This document shows, in pieces, positions 39,002 through 49,304 of a stretch of DNA of 64,000 bases. The stretch's first letter is position 1. Each line of letters starts with the position of its first letter. The notes under the pieces were generated by a model. It was not told the origin of the DNA. It saw nothing but the letters and a program-made list of their open reading frames with translations, and did not search any database. The stretch comes from an uncultured Candidatus Saccharibacteria bacterium (GTDB lineage: Bacteria; Patescibacteriota; Minisyncoccia; Minisyncoccales; UBA1441): assembly GCA_964647465.1 (NCBI GenBank), contig CAZYFS010000001.1, forward strand, positions 28,690 through 92,689, in the 5' to 3' direction. The position numbers and the translations under genes were made by a program.

Positions 39002-40075
39002 ATGGATAAAACCCAATTAGAGAAAGCTGTTGCTTTAATTAAAACTAGCCAGCAAATTTACATTTTCCCAACCCTTTCAACAAATCGGGATTTCCTCCTC
39101 CCTTCGCTAGGCTTATTTTATGCTCTCCAAAAATTAGAAAAAGGCTCTGGTTTAATTCTGGGAATGTTACCCTTAAGTGAACAAAGCTTAATTTTTAAGC
39201 CAACCGAAGATGAAAATAAAATAACTATTCTTTCTCCTTCCGCGGATAATATTAGGAGACTTCGTTATGAAAAAGAGAAGGATAATTTGGTTCTCTATTT
39301 TGATAATAAGGGAAATAGTCCAAAAAAGCAAGATGTAATCTTTTCCGGTTTTTCAACACAAAAACGGGCTGATTTACTGATAACAATAGGAGCTGATAGT
39401 TCTGAAGAGATTAAACACCCTCTTTTCCAAAAAAACTTTCTAGGCACTCCTTGGCTGTCTATCGGGGGACAAGATAAGAAAATTTCTCCCCTCCAAACAA
39501 TATTACCCCTTTCTCCTTCTGTTTCTTGTGCAAAAGTTATTTTTCGTCTTCTAAAAAAAATCGACGAGAATTTGATAGATCAACGAAGCGCTGCTTATTT
39601 ATTGCGTAGTTTGCAATTTCTCCCAAATTTTTCTCCTTCTGATGATTTTTTTCAAACAGTTGCTAATCTTGTAAATCACCGAGCCCTAGAATATAAAATT
39701 AACCCTTGCTCTACTCAGTCCCTCAAACAACTAAATTTACTAAAAACATTAGTAGGTAGATTGCAGTTTTCTCTGTCAGCCAATATCGCCTTTGCTAGCT
39801 TATCGACCAAGGATATAAATTCCAGCTCTTCGACTGATTTGATTTTTCTCTTTCAAGAATTACGGAAAGGATTACTTTCTCTCAAAAACTTTCTGGTATT
39901 GTGGCCCATTAATGATGGTCAATTTCAAGTCGTTGCTTATCTCAAAGATAAGAAAAAACTAGCTCTTCTTCAGTCACGCTACCAAGGGGTTGTTAACACT
40001 AATCGTAGCTTATTCTCTATCTCCGGAAAAAGTTCTCTTTTGGTTGCTAAAAAAATAATTAAGACTCTTTCTTAA
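39002..40075 (+). CDS. hypothetical protein (upstream partner of PilB-like ATPase)
   Basis: The track ORF starts at 38861 but would overlap tsaE. The ATG at 39002 (MDKTQLEKAVALIK...) is the likely start. No motif recognised. Confidence 0.4.
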   Translation: MDKTQLEKAVALIKTSQQIYIFPTLSTNRDFLLPSLGLFYALQKLEKGSGLILGMLPLSEQSLIFKPTEDENKITILSPSADNIRRLRYEKEKDNLVLYFDNKGNSPKKQDVIFSGFSTQKRADLLITIGADSSEEIKHPLFQKNFLGTPWLSIGGQDKKISPLQTILPLSPSVSCAKVIFRLLKKIDENLIDQRSAAYLLRSLQFLPNFSPSDDFFQTVANLVNHRALEYKINPCSTQSLKQLNLLKTLVGRLQFSLSANIAFASLSTKDINSSSSTDLIFLFQELRKGLLSLKNFLVLWPINDGQFQVVAYLKDKKKLALLQSRYQGVVNTNRSLFSISGKSSLLVAKKIIKTLS

Positions 40076-40082
40076 AAATATT

Positions 40083-41399
40083 ATGACTAAAGCCACAGAT
40101 GGTGTTCATATCAGTCCTTTCGTTATCAAGGAAATACTCCCTTCTATTAAAAATATTCGTAATTTCCAACAATCTCTTCAAAAGAATCTTTCTGAAAATA
40201 CCTCGCAAATCGTTGATATTATACTTGGTGGGACAATTATTCTTCGCGCTTCTGATATTCATATCGAGCCTCAAAGCGGAAAAGTTCGTCTAAGAATAAG
40301 GGTTGACGGGGTTCTTCAGACTATAATTTATTTTTCGCCAGAAACATACAAGGGGATAGTAGATCGTTTTAAGCTCCTTTCCCGGTTGAAATTAAATATT
40401 CGTCGAAAAGCCCAAGATGGCCGTTTTAATATTATCTTTGATCGAGAGGGAGAAGAAAAAAACATCGAAGTACGAACCTCTGCTCTTCCTTCTGAATACG
40501 GGGAAGCCATCGTAATGAGGATCCTCGATCCAAAGAACTTAAAAAATATTGAAAAACTAGGGATCCGGGAAGATATTCTAGCTCTTTTCCAGCAGGAACT
40601 TAAACGACCTAATGGAATGATTCTTGTGACCGGACCAACTGGTTCAGGAAAAACAACAACTCTCTACGCCTTTTTAAGAACGGTTCATGACCCAGGGATC
40701 AAAATTATCACTATTGAAGATCCAATTGAATACGAGTTGGAGGGAATTTCCCAAACTCAAGTTAATCCAACTTATGGATACGACTTTGAGTCAGGACTAT
40801 CGGCTATTGTTCGCCAAGATCCCGATGTTATCCTTGTTGGGGAAATAAGAACCTATCAAACAGCAAAAATCGCTCTTCAGGCGGCGATGACCGGACATTT
40901 AGTTTTTAGCACTCTTCATACTAATGACGCCACAGGAACAATTTCTCGATTAGAAGCGCTCGGAGAAAGCAGCACTAATATTGCCCCCGCCCTCAATTTG
41001 GTTATTGCTCAACGTTTAGTTCGTAACGTTTGTCCGCGTTGCGCTTATTTCCTTAAAGCAACAGACAAAGAAAAGGAGACTTTACGTTCGGGGCTAAAAG
41101 GAAGTCCTGTCCTTCAGAAATTTGCCTCTCTTGACTTCGATAAATTAAAAATAGCCCATGTTCATCCAGATGGGTGTGAATCCTGTAACTTTACCGGATA
41201 TCAAGGACGAACAGGAATTTTTGAAGCTTTTGCTCTTGATGACGAGATTGAAAATTTCGTTCTCGAATCTCCATCAATTCCCCGATTAAAAGAAGCTTTA
41301 AAGAAAAAGGGGATGACCTCTATGTATCAAGACGGACTAGTTAAAGTAATTCAACAAAAAACTACTCTTGAAGAAGTCCTCCGGGTTAGCGAAAAATGA
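40083..41399 (+). CDS. PilB/GspE-family secretion/pilus-assembly ATPase (short form)
   Basis: Walker A GPTGSGKTTTLYA, Asp box, Walker B, His box, and the tetracysteine motif CPRC...CESC typical of PilB/GspE. Only 438 aa because it lacks the long N-terminal domain. Confidence 0.85.
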   Translation: MTKATDGVHISPFVIKEILPSIKNIRNFQQSLQKNLSENTSQIVDIILGGTIILRASDIHIEPQSGKVRLRIRVDGVLQTIIYFSPETYKGIVDRFKLLSRLKLNIRRKAQDGRFNIIFDREGEEKNIEVRTSALPSEYGEAIVMRILDPKNLKNIEKLGIREDILALFQQELKRPNGMILVTGPTGSGKTTTLYAFLRTVHDPGIKIITIEDPIEYELEGISQTQVNPTYGYDFESGLSAIVRQDPDVILVGEIRTYQTAKIALQAAMTGHLVFSTLHTNDATGTISRLEALGESSTNIAPALNLVIAQRLVRNVCPRCAYFLKATDKEKETLRSGLKGSPVLQKFASLDFDKLKIAHVHPDGCESCNFTGYQGRTGIFEAFALDDEIENFVLESPSIPRLKEALKKKGMTSMYQDGLVKVIQQKTTLEEVLRVSEK

Positions 41400-42127
41400 A
41401 TGGAGGTTTCTTGTTCCGATCACTTCTTCTTTTGCTGTTTTTCCTTTTTCTCCCTCTCGAAACAAAAGCAAGCCTTACTCCTTTTATTATTGAAGTTCAA
41501 ATTAGAGGAGCTCAAGTTGACGAAGACTACGTTAAAATTTATAATCCGCTTGATCGGGAAATTAACGTTAGTCGTTATCAGCTCAAAAAGAAGAGTTCAA
41601 CAGGAAAAGAATATTCTCTCAGAATTTTCCCTTCTTCAACCATCATTCCTCCTAAAGGAGAAATTATTTGGGCAAATTCAAACAATGGATATGCTCAATC
41701 GCTCTCCGTTCAAGTAAAAAGCACGGCTAATTTATCAATAAATAATAGTATCGCTTTTTTTGATAAAAATGGTAAAATAATTAATGCCTTGGGTTGGGGA
41801 GAGGGAATAAGTCAATTTTTCGAAGGATCTCTCTATCCCTTCAATCCTCAGGCGCAGCAGCAGTTAAGGAGGAAGCAAAATCAAGGAAATTTTCAAAACA
41901 CTGATTCTAATGCGGAAGATTTCTACCTTTTCCCAGTTGAGATAAAATTGATTGATGTTCTTGAAGAAAAAAACCAGCTCGACAATTCTTTCCTAGAGGA
42001 CAATTCTGTTTTGGGCCCTCAAACACCCAAAAGTTTTCCGCGAAAATTAAGTGTTTTTGTAGCCGGATTAAGTTTCTCTTTTGTTTTTAGTTTTATTGTT
42101 ATTGTTTTAAAAGAAAAATTATCATGA
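41396..42127 (+). CDS. lamin-tail-domain (LTD)-like secreted protein with C-terminal TM anchor
   Basis: N-terminal signal, FIIEVQIRGAQVDEDYVKIYNP...VSRYQL...FP...IIPPKGEIIWA (LTD signature), and a C-terminal hydrophobic anchor. ATGA overlap with the ATPase gene. Confidence 0.6.
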   Translation: MNGGFLFRSLLLLLFFLFLPLETKASLTPFIIEVQIRGAQVDEDYVKIYNPLDREINVSRYQLKKKSSTGKEYSLRIFPSSTIIPPKGEIIWANSNNGYAQSLSVQVKSTANLSINNSIAFFDKNGKIINALGWGEGISQFFEGSLYPFNPQAQQQLRRKQNQGNFQNTDSNAEDFYLFPVEIKLIDVLEEKNQLDNSFLEDNSVLGPQTPKSFPRKLSVFVAGLSFSFVFSFIVIVLKEKLS

Positions 42128-42843
42128 GTGGACATTCACATTGGTCAACAATCAAACACCAGAAAGAAACCGAAGATCAAAAAAGAGGGAAGAGTTTCTC
42201 GAAAATTGCCCGACTAATTACTATTGCAGCCCGAGAAGGTGGTGGTGATCCAGGAAGCAATCCAGGATTACGTTCAGTAATTGAGAAGGCTAAAAGCGCA
42301 AACATGCCTACGAAAAAAATTGACGGTGCCATCGAAAGAGGATCGGGGGAAGCAACGAAGGAAAATCTTGAAAGGATCACTTACGAAGCATTGGGGCCAG
42401 GAGGAATCCGGATAATTGTTGAAGTGATTACCGACAATAAAAATCGAACACTAGAAGACATAAAACAAACCTTGAGTAAAAACGGGGGGAAACTTGCTGA
42501 AATTGGTTCAGTTAAATGGTTGTTTGAACAAAAAGGGACAATTCTTGTCTCTGAAAAAGATCAAGCACAAAAAGAAGCTATTGAACTACAAGTCATTGAA
42601 GCGGGAGCTGAAGATATAAGAATCCAAGAAGACGATTTAATTATTCTAACTCAACCAAATGATCTTCAAAAAGTAATCCAATCTCTCCGTGAAAAAGAAA
42701 TTGACATCCGTGAATCATCCCTAGAATGGATTCCCAAAAATCAAGTTTCCGTTTCAGAAAAAGAGCAGGGGAAATTTGAAAAACTACTTCTTGCCCTTGA
42801 TCAGAATGAAGATGTTCAAGAAGTATATGATAATACAGAATAA
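42124..42843 (+). CDS. yebC: YebC/PmpR-family transcriptional regulator
   Basis: MSGHSHWSTIKHQKETEDQKRGKSFSKIARLITIAAREGGGDPGSNPGLR is the conserved N-terminus. Confidence 0.9.
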   Translation: MSGHSHWSTIKHQKETEDQKRGKSFSKIARLITIAAREGGGDPGSNPGLRSVIEKAKSANMPTKKIDGAIERGSGEATKENLERITYEALGPGGIRIIVEVITDNKNRTLEDIKQTLSKNGGKLAEIGSVKWLFEQKGTILVSEKDQAQKEAIELQVIEAGAEDIRIQEDDLIILTQPNDLQKVIQSLREKEIDIRESSLEWIPKNQVSVSEKEQGKFEKLLLALDQNEDVQEVYDNTE

Positions 42844-42846
42844 AAT

Positions 42847-43332
42847 ATGATTATTCTTGGTGTTGACCCAGGGATAGCTGCTGTTGGCTATGGAGCTGTC
42901 GAATTAGAAAAGAAAAACAGCCTTCCTATTGTTCTTGATTATGGGGTAATCAAAACTCAACCTTATCAAGAAGAAGCTGCTCGCCTAGCAATTATTGAAA
43001 AAGCTTTGTTGCAGATTATTAAAACCTTAAAACCAAACATTGTTACCGTCGAAAGCATCTACTTCTTCCGCAACCAGAAATCAATTATTGGAGTTAGCCA
43101 GGTTAAGGGAATAATCTTGTTGACAGCCGAAAGAGAAAAGGTTCCCGTCTACGAATTTACCCCCCTTGAAACGAAATTAATTATTGCTGGATATGGGAAA
43201 GCCTCCAAGGAGGAAATGCAGGAAGCTATTCAGAAGAAGTTAAAGATGCGAAAAATTCCTACTCCAGATCACGCCGCTGACGCCCTAGGAGTTGCAACTT
43301 GTTTCTTAATAAAGAACCAATTTTTATCCTAA
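42847..43332 (+). CDS. ruvC: Holliday junction resolvase RuvC
   Basis: MIILGVDPGIAAVGYGAV...E...D...HAADA, the RNase H-like catalytic residues. Confidence 0.9.
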   Translation: MIILGVDPGIAAVGYGAVELEKKNSLPIVLDYGVIKTQPYQEEAARLAIIEKALLQIIKTLKPNIVTVESIYFFRNQKSIIGVSQVKGIILLTAEREKVPVYEFTPLETKLIIAGYGKASKEEMQEAIQKKLKMRKIPTPDHAADALGVATCFLIKNQFLS

Positions 43333-43351
43333 AAAGTTTTTTTGAAAATTA

Positions 43352-43378
43352 AAAACTCCTCGACAAGAGGAGTTTTTT
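43352..43378. terminator. bidirectional intrinsic terminator between ruvC and tyrS
   Basis: AAAACTCCTC-gacaa-GAGGAGTTTT with a T-run. Both flanking genes converge on it. Confidence 0.6.
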
Positions 43379-43399
43379 AACGCTTATCCCTAACCAACC

Positions 43400-44578
43400 T
43401 TAAATTAATTTAATAAATTTCCTTTTCCCTCTTTGGACAATCATTCCCGATTTAACTAAAACTTCCTTTTGCCAATCGTTTTGTGTTTTGTCGTTAATAC
43501 GAATCCCTCCTTGTTCAATTAATTGTCGAGCCTTGCTCCGCGAAGTTGTTAGGCCGATTCGTACTAAAAGGGTTAAAATATCTTCTTTTCCTTCCTTGGT
43601 TTTTACTTCTGGTATTTTAATTGGTTGTTTTTGATTCTGAAAAACACGATTAAATTCGTCTTGGGCAAGCTGAGCTTCCTGAGAATCATAATAAAACTCC
43701 ACAATTTCCCGAGCTAAACTAGCCTTGCTTTGTCGAGGACCTTTCTTGAGTTGTTCTTTTATTTCTTCGTCATCTAATTGAGTAAGAAGATTGAAGTAAG
43801 GCAAAATCAAAGAATCAGAAATCGACATAATTTTGCCGTACATTTCTCTTGGTTGAGCACTAAGAGCAATATAATTATCCTCAGATTTACTCATTTTCTT
43901 TGTTCCTTTCGTCCCTTCAATTAAGGGACATAAAATTACATCTTGAAGCTCTTGTCCGTATTGCCTTTGAACTTGGCGCCCCATTAACATATTAAACCTC
44001 TGATCCGTTCCTCCAATTTCAACATCTGCCTTAAGGGCTACCGAATCATATCCTTGAAGAAGAGGATATATAAATTCTCTCACCGTGAAATCGCTATTGC
44101 TTTTGAGGCGAGCCTGGAAACTAGCACGAGTTACTAGCTGTCGATAGGTAGCTGCGCCGGCAAGCTCTAGCATTCCCCTAGCAGACATCTTCTCCCACCA
44201 CTCACCGTTATGTCTTACCTCTACTTTAGTAAGATCAATAATTTTCCCAGCTTGTTCTTGGTAGGTTTTCATATTCTGTTTTATCTGATCTGTCGATAGA
44301 ATTGGGCGTGATTTCACTCTTCCGCTAGGATCACCGATAGAAGCAGTAAAATCACCAATTAAGAGAATAATTTTGTGTCCTCTTTTTTGGAGTTCTCGTA
44401 AGGCTAGAAGGCAAACCGAATGACCTAAATGAAGCACCGAAGAAGTCGGATCAATACCAAATTTTATTCTTAGTTTTCTTCCGTTTTGTAAAACTTTCCG
44501 AAAATGTTTATCAACAATCACTTCTTCTGTTCTTCGCCAAAGTATATTGTTTTTATCTTTGCTTGTTTTTGTTTCCAT
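43400..44578 (-). CDS. tyrS: tyrosine--tRNA ligase
   Basis: GIDPTSSVLHLGHSV (HIGH), KMSKS, and a C-terminal S4 domain. Confidence 0.9.
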   Translation of the reverse strand: METKTSKDKNNILWRRTEEVIVDKHFRKVLQNGRKLRIKFGIDPTSSVLHLGHSVCLLALRELQKRGHKIILLIGDFTASIGDPSGRVKSRPILSTDQIKQNMKTYQEQAGKIIDLTKVEVRHNGEWWEKMSARGMLELAGAATYRQLVTRASFQARLKSNSDFTVREFIYPLLQGYDSVALKADVEIGGTDQRFNMLMGRQVQRQYGQELQDVILCPLIEGTKGTKKMSKSEDNYIALSAQPREMYGKIMSISDSLILPYFNLLTQLDDEEIKEQLKKGPRQSKASLAREIVEFYYDSQEAQLAQDEFNRVFQNQKQPIKIPEVKTKEGKEDILTLLVRIGLTTSRSKARQLIEQGGIRINDKTQNDWQKEVLVKSGMIVQRGKRKFIKLI

Positions 44579-44629
44579 TTTCTTTTATTTCCATTTCCAT
44601 TATAATGATTAAAAATACAAAAGCGAATT

Positions 44630-46537
44630 ATGAAATTAAAATCTTCTCCTTTTTGGAGAATCATTAAAAATCTCCTCGGTTTATTTTCTGTTATCTTTTT
44701 CGTTCTAGTGCTTGGAGGAATTGTCCTTTTTGCCGATTATATTCATGATTTTCCTCGTCCAGAGAAATTCTCCGAAAGTCAATTTGCTGAACCTACTAGA
44801 ATATATGATCGAACTGGTGATGTTCTTCTTTATTCAATGATTAATGAAGAGAATCGAACTCTCGTTCCCTTAGAAGACGTTTCTCCTTTGCTTCAGCAGG
44901 CGATAATTGCCACTGAAGACAAGAACTTCTATTCGCATCGTGGCATTGATATTCCAAGCATTGTTCGAGCTATTTCTACCGATCTGAAAATGAGAGCTCC
45001 TGTACAAGGAGCTTCAACTATTACTCAACAGCTAATTCGTTCTTATTTTTTAAACAATGACAAAACGTTACGCCGAAAAACCAAAGAAATTATTCTAACT
45101 ATAGGATTAGAAAAAAAATATTCCAAGGAACAGATATTAGAATGGTATTTGAATCAAATCCCCCTGGGATCAAATTTCTATGGAGTAGAAACAGCCAGTC
45201 GAGGGTATTTCAATAAGTCAGCTAAGGAAGTTAGCCTCTCTGAAGCAGCCACTCTGGCGGCCTTAATTAAAGCTCCGAGCGCTCTTTCTCCTTATTCGAA
45301 AAATCTTTCTGGGTTATTAGCCCGTAAAGATTATGTTTTATCAAGAATGGTTGAAGAGGGCTATATTTCTCTTGCCGAAAAAGAAAAAACTCAAGAAGAA
45401 GAAGTTGTTTTTAATGATCCAGTTCTTTTTAATAAAGCGATTCATTTCACCTTGGAAGTTAAAAAGGAGCTAGAAGAAAAATACGGCCTTTCTTATCTAC
45501 AAAGAGAGGGTTTGAAAGTGTATACTTCTCTCGATTGGAATCTCCAACAACAAGCTCAAGAAACCATGGAGTCAGCCATTGAAGATAATAAGCTCTACCA
45601 TATTTACAATGGAGCTTTAGTTGCTATTGAGCCAAAAACGGGACAAATATTAAGCATGGTTGGATCAAAAAATTATTTTGCAGAATCTTATCCAGCAAAC
45701 TGTGAAAATACCCCTGCGCAATGTTTGTTTAATCCTAAGTTTAATGTTGCCACCCTGGGAAAACGACACCCAGGTTCAGCCTTAAAGCCATTTGTTTACG
45801 CAACTGCTTTTCAGAAAGGTTTTTCCGATAACTACATTGTCGTTGACGAAAAAACCGATTTTGGAATATGGGGAGAGGAAAGATATATTCCTAAAAACTA
45901 TGACAATTTCTTTCGGGGACCAATAACTCTTCGGTCTGCTCTCGCTCAATCCTTAAATATACCCGCTGTTAAAGTTTTTATGAACCTAGCAGGAATTGAA
46001 GATAGCTTAACAACAATGCGTCAATCCGGAATAACTTCTGATTTACCAGCTGTTCCCTCAATTGTTCTTGGTGGTGGCGAAATAAAACTTATTGATCTTA
46101 CTTCTGCTTACGGTGTTTTCGCCACCAAGGGATTAAGAGTTCCTCCGGTTTATATCGTGAAAATCGAGGATCGGGAAAACAATGTAATATACTCTAGTTA
46201 TTCCACGAATCACAGAAGGGTTTTGAGTCAGGAAACGGCTCAAACTATTACTAGTATTCTATCTGACGAAGACGCTCGCGCTCCAATGTTTGGTTATAAT
46301 TCTAACTTATATATCCCTGGTTATGATGTCGCCGTAAAAACAGGAACAACCCAAAAATATGTTGACTTTTGGTCAGTCGGTTACAACGAAGATCTAGTTG
46401 TCGGTCTTTGGATGGGGAACAACAATCAAGAACCAATGGCCCATATTCCTTCCGTAGTTCCCGCAGGAAAGACGTGGAATGAATTCACGCAATACGCCCT
46501 TCAATACCTAGATAAACAAAAATCCTCCGGAGAATAA
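44630..46537 (+). CDS. class A penicillin-binding protein (glycosyltransferase GT51 + transpeptidase)
   Basis: N-terminal TM. GT51 motifs (AIIATEDKNFYSHRGID, GASTITQQL). Transpeptidase SxxK/SxN/KTG (KTGTT). Confidence 0.85.
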   Translation: MKLKSSPFWRIIKNLLGLFSVIFFVLVLGGIVLFADYIHDFPRPEKFSESQFAEPTRIYDRTGDVLLYSMINEENRTLVPLEDVSPLLQQAIIATEDKNFYSHRGIDIPSIVRAISTDLKMRAPVQGASTITQQLIRSYFLNNDKTLRRKTKEIILTIGLEKKYSKEQILEWYLNQIPLGSNFYGVETASRGYFNKSAKEVSLSEAATLAALIKAPSALSPYSKNLSGLLARKDYVLSRMVEEGYISLAEKEKTQEEEVVFNDPVLFNKAIHFTLEVKKELEEKYGLSYLQREGLKVYTSLDWNLQQQAQETMESAIEDNKLYHIYNGALVAIEPKTGQILSMVGSKNYFAESYPANCENTPAQCLFNPKFNVATLGKRHPGSALKPFVYATAFQKGFSDNYIVVDEKTDFGIWGEERYIPKNYDNFFRGPITLRSALAQSLNIPAVKVFMNLAGIEDSLTTMRQSGITSDLPAVPSIVLGGGEIKLIDLTSAYGVFATKGLRVPPVYIVKIEDRENNVIYSSYSTNHRRVLSQETAQTITSILSDEDARAPMFGYNSNLYIPGYDVAVKTGTTQKYVDFWSVGYNEDLVVGLWMGNNNQEPMAHIPSVVPAGKTWNEFTQYALQYLDKQKSSGE

Positions 46538-46571
46538 TTTCCAGAGGATTTAAGGCGTTGAGTTAAGTTTC

Positions 46572-47699
46572 TTACGACTTAATTGGCATCAAAATATAAA
46601 AGTAGGATTCATCTTCTGCTGATTTTATTAAACAGGCTTTTTCTTGATCAACAAAGCTCAGAACAACTTCCTTGCTGTTAATGTTTGTTAAAGCATCTGT
46701 TAAAAACCTACAATCAAAAGATATTTTAAGATCATCACCCTTCAACTCTATAGGAAGAGAAGATTCGCTTTTTCCAATACGTGCGCTTTGGGCTTCGATT
46801 ATCAGTTTTTTTTCTTTAGAAGATATATTTAATTTAACCTCATTAACTCTATCGCTAAAGACGCTAGCAGTCTTAACCCTTGATAGAAAATCTTTCCTAT
46901 CAACCTTTAAAACAAAATTATATTTCTTTGGGATAATTTCCTGATAATTCGGATAACTTCCTTCCACTAATCTAGAAATTACTCGAACACGAGGATGTTC
47001 TGTCTCTGTCATCGGCGTTTCGAATAAAATTTGACCAGAGGAAAAGCAAATCTTAATTGATTGACTTTCATCCGCTAAAACAGCAATTAAATGCTGAGCT
47101 GTTTTGTGAGGAAGAATTAATCCAATCGATTTTTTAATTGTGTTCTTGCTTTTTAAGGAAATGGTTTTCTGGGATAAACGAAAACTATCTGTTGCTGCTA
47201 TTAATATCTTATCCTTAGAAAAATTAAGATAAATCCCAGAAATTTCTGGACGAGTTTCTGATAAAGCTACGCAATTAACAACCTGTTCAAGCCCATGACA
47301 GAAGTCAGCGCTATTCAATTCAAGACATTCCTTTTCTTCTATCCCCGGAATAAGAGGGAATTCCTCTACTTTTAATCCTTGTAAGCTATTTTTACTAATT
47401 TTGTCTTGGATTAATAACGACTCTTTATTGCTTTGCAAGCTAAGCTTTGAAGAAGTTATCGATTTAATAAGATTTGAAAAATTTCTTGCTGGGATAACAA
47501 TTTCTCCTTCTTTCTCAACTTTTGCTAAAGCCCACCAATCAATTGCGACTTCTAAATCAGTTGCCGTAAGATGAAGAAAGTTTTTTTCGGCTTTCACCAT
47601 AATCCCTTCAAGAATAGGAAGGCTAGTTGTTTTCGCAATCGTTCGACTAACGATATTTATTCCATAGTTCAATTTTTCTCGGAGAACTTGTAATTTCAT
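46572..47699 (-). CDS. dnaN: DNA polymerase III beta sliding clamp
   Basis: 375 aa, three-domain clamp pattern (MKLQVLREKL...). It lies immediately downstream of dnaA. Confidence 0.85.
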   Translation of the reverse strand: MKLQVLREKLNYGINIVSRTIAKTTSLPILEGIMVKAEKNFLHLTATDLEVAIDWWALAKVEKEGEIVIPARNFSNLIKSITSSKLSLQSNKESLLIQDKISKNSLQGLKVEEFPLIPGIEEKECLELNSADFCHGLEQVVNCVALSETRPEISGIYLNFSKDKILIAATDSFRLSQKTISLKSKNTIKKSIGLILPHKTAQHLIAVLADESQSIKICFSSGQILFETPMTETEHPRVRVISRLVEGSYPNYQEIIPKKYNFVLKVDRKDFLSRVKTASVFSDRVNEVKLNISSKEKKLIIEAQSARIGKSESSLPIELKGDDLKISFDCRFLTDALTNINSKEVVLSFVDQEKACLIKSAEDESYFYILMPIKS

Positions 47700-47933
47700 A
47701 ATAATAATATAGATTAATTATTTAAAAAGAATTATTGTTATTAGGAAGATGGAATAAGTTAATAAGTAATACTTTTCTCTGATTTTTTAAGGATTAGAAG
47801 TGTTTTTAAGGATGGATATGCTGTGGATAAATTCTTCAAAAGATAGGGACTAATATTCTTGGTTTTTTTTGAGGTTAAAGTTTTAAACAACTTACTCACT
47901 TTTCTTACTCAGATTTTCCTCAACTTATCCAGA
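47700..47933. promoter_or_regulatory. candidate oriC segment (dnaA-dnaN intergenic) with DnaA boxes and an AT-rich tract
   Basis: Perfect DnaA box TGTGGATAA at 47822-47830. Near-box TTATCCAGA at 47925-47933. An AT-rich run at 47700-47745 is a possible DUE. Confidence 0.45.
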
Positions 47934-49304
47934 GTAAATTCTTTCTCTGATAAGATGAATCTCTTCTGCGATTCGTTGGTCTTGTTCAATGGCAGAAGAT
48001 ATTTTTTGACAAGCATACATAGCTGTTGTATGGTCACGTCCTCCGAAGGTTTCTCCAATACTAGGGTAAGATTTTCGTAATTCTTCTCTTAATAAATACA
48101 TGGCTACTTGTCTTGGTTGAGCGATATCCCTTCTTCGGCTAGAAGAAAAAATTTGCTTAATATCAAGACTATAAAACCTCGAAACAGATTCAATTATTTT
48201 TTTAACAGTCGTTGTTTTTGTTGGGGATTGAACTAAATCACGAAGGAGAATTTTTATTTTTTTAATATCAGGTAATTCTCCGTATAACTTCTGAAAAGCG
48301 CAGAGACGATTTACAGCCCCTTCTAATTCACGAACGTTGTTTTGAACATTAAAGGCGATATATTCCAGAACATCTTGATCGGGACATACACCACTTTCTT
48401 GAATTTTCGATTCTAAAACAGCAAGTCGACTTTCGTATTCTGGGCGACTTATATCAGCGATCATTCCTCCTTCGAATCGAGATTGTAATCTTTTTTCCAA
48501 AGTGGGAATAGCGCTAGGCAAACGATCAGAAGAAAGAACGATTTGTTTATTTTTTTGGTAAAGAGCGTTAAAAAGATGGAAAAATTCTTCTTGGGTTTTT
48601 TCTTTTCCTGACAAAAATTGAACGTCGTCAACAATTAAAACGTCAAGATTTTGTAATTCAGATTTTAATTTTTCAATTGATTTTCCTCTAATAGAAGCAA
48701 CGATTCGCGAAACAAATTTTCCAGTAGAAGTATATTCTATTTTACTAGATTTATTCTTTTCCTTGATATTATTACCAATAGCCTGAAGGAGATGTGTCTT
48801 TCCGAGACCGACCCCTCCGTATATAAACAAGGGATTATAAGCGTGTCCAGGATCTTCTGAAACTGCCCAAGCAGCAGCATGAGCTAATTCATTAAAAGGG
48901 GCGGTTACGTATTGTTGGAAAGTATAGCGAGGATTGAGGCCAGTATTTTGATTTGTCCGCAATTGTTCAAAAGAGGATTGACTATTTCTTGTTATTTGGG
49001 GAGCTAAAGAAGCCTCAACTTCTTCTTCTTCTAGGTGAACGATAGTATAATGTATTTTTTTAATAGTGGAGTCTAATTCCTGGAGAATTTTTAAAATAGA
49101 AGAATGGTATCTTTTGCTTAACCACTCTTTCGAAAAATTATTAGGGACAGAAATAGAAACTTCTTGATCGGTTTTCTCGATAATTTTTGTATTCTTAAAC
49201 CAAGTCGCGAAGTTTGCTGGAGAAACTTTAAATTGTAGTTGGGCTAAGACAGATTGCCACAATTCTTCCTTAGTCATATTTTTTATTGTAGCATAAAATT
49301 GCAA
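47925..49304 (-). CDS. dnaA: chromosomal replication initiator DnaA
   Basis: AAA+ Walker A GGVGLGKTHLLQAIGN, Walker B LIVDDVQF, and C-terminal domain IV (GGRDHTT...). Confidence 0.95.
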   Translation of the reverse strand: MQFYATIKNMTKEELWQSVLAQLQFKVSPANFATWFKNTKIIEKTDQEVSISVPNNFSKEWLSKRYHSSILKILQELDSTIKKIHYTIVHLEEEEVEASLAPQITRNSQSSFEQLRTNQNTGLNPRYTFQQYVTAPFNELAHAAAWAVSEDPGHAYNPLFIYGGVGLGKTHLLQAIGNNIKEKNKSSKIEYTSTGKFVSRIVASIRGKSIEKLKSELQNLDVLIVDDVQFLSGKEKTQEEFFHLFNALYQKNKQIVLSSDRLPSAIPTLEKRLQSRFEGGMIADISRPEYESRLAVLESKIQESGVCPDQDVLEYIAFNVQNNVRELEGAVNRLCAFQKLYGELPDIKKIKILLRDLVQSPTKTTTVKKIIESVSRFYSLDIKQIFSSSRRRDIAQPRQVAMYLLREELRKSYPSIGETFGGRDHTTAMYACQKISSAIEQDQRIAEEIHLIRERIYSG

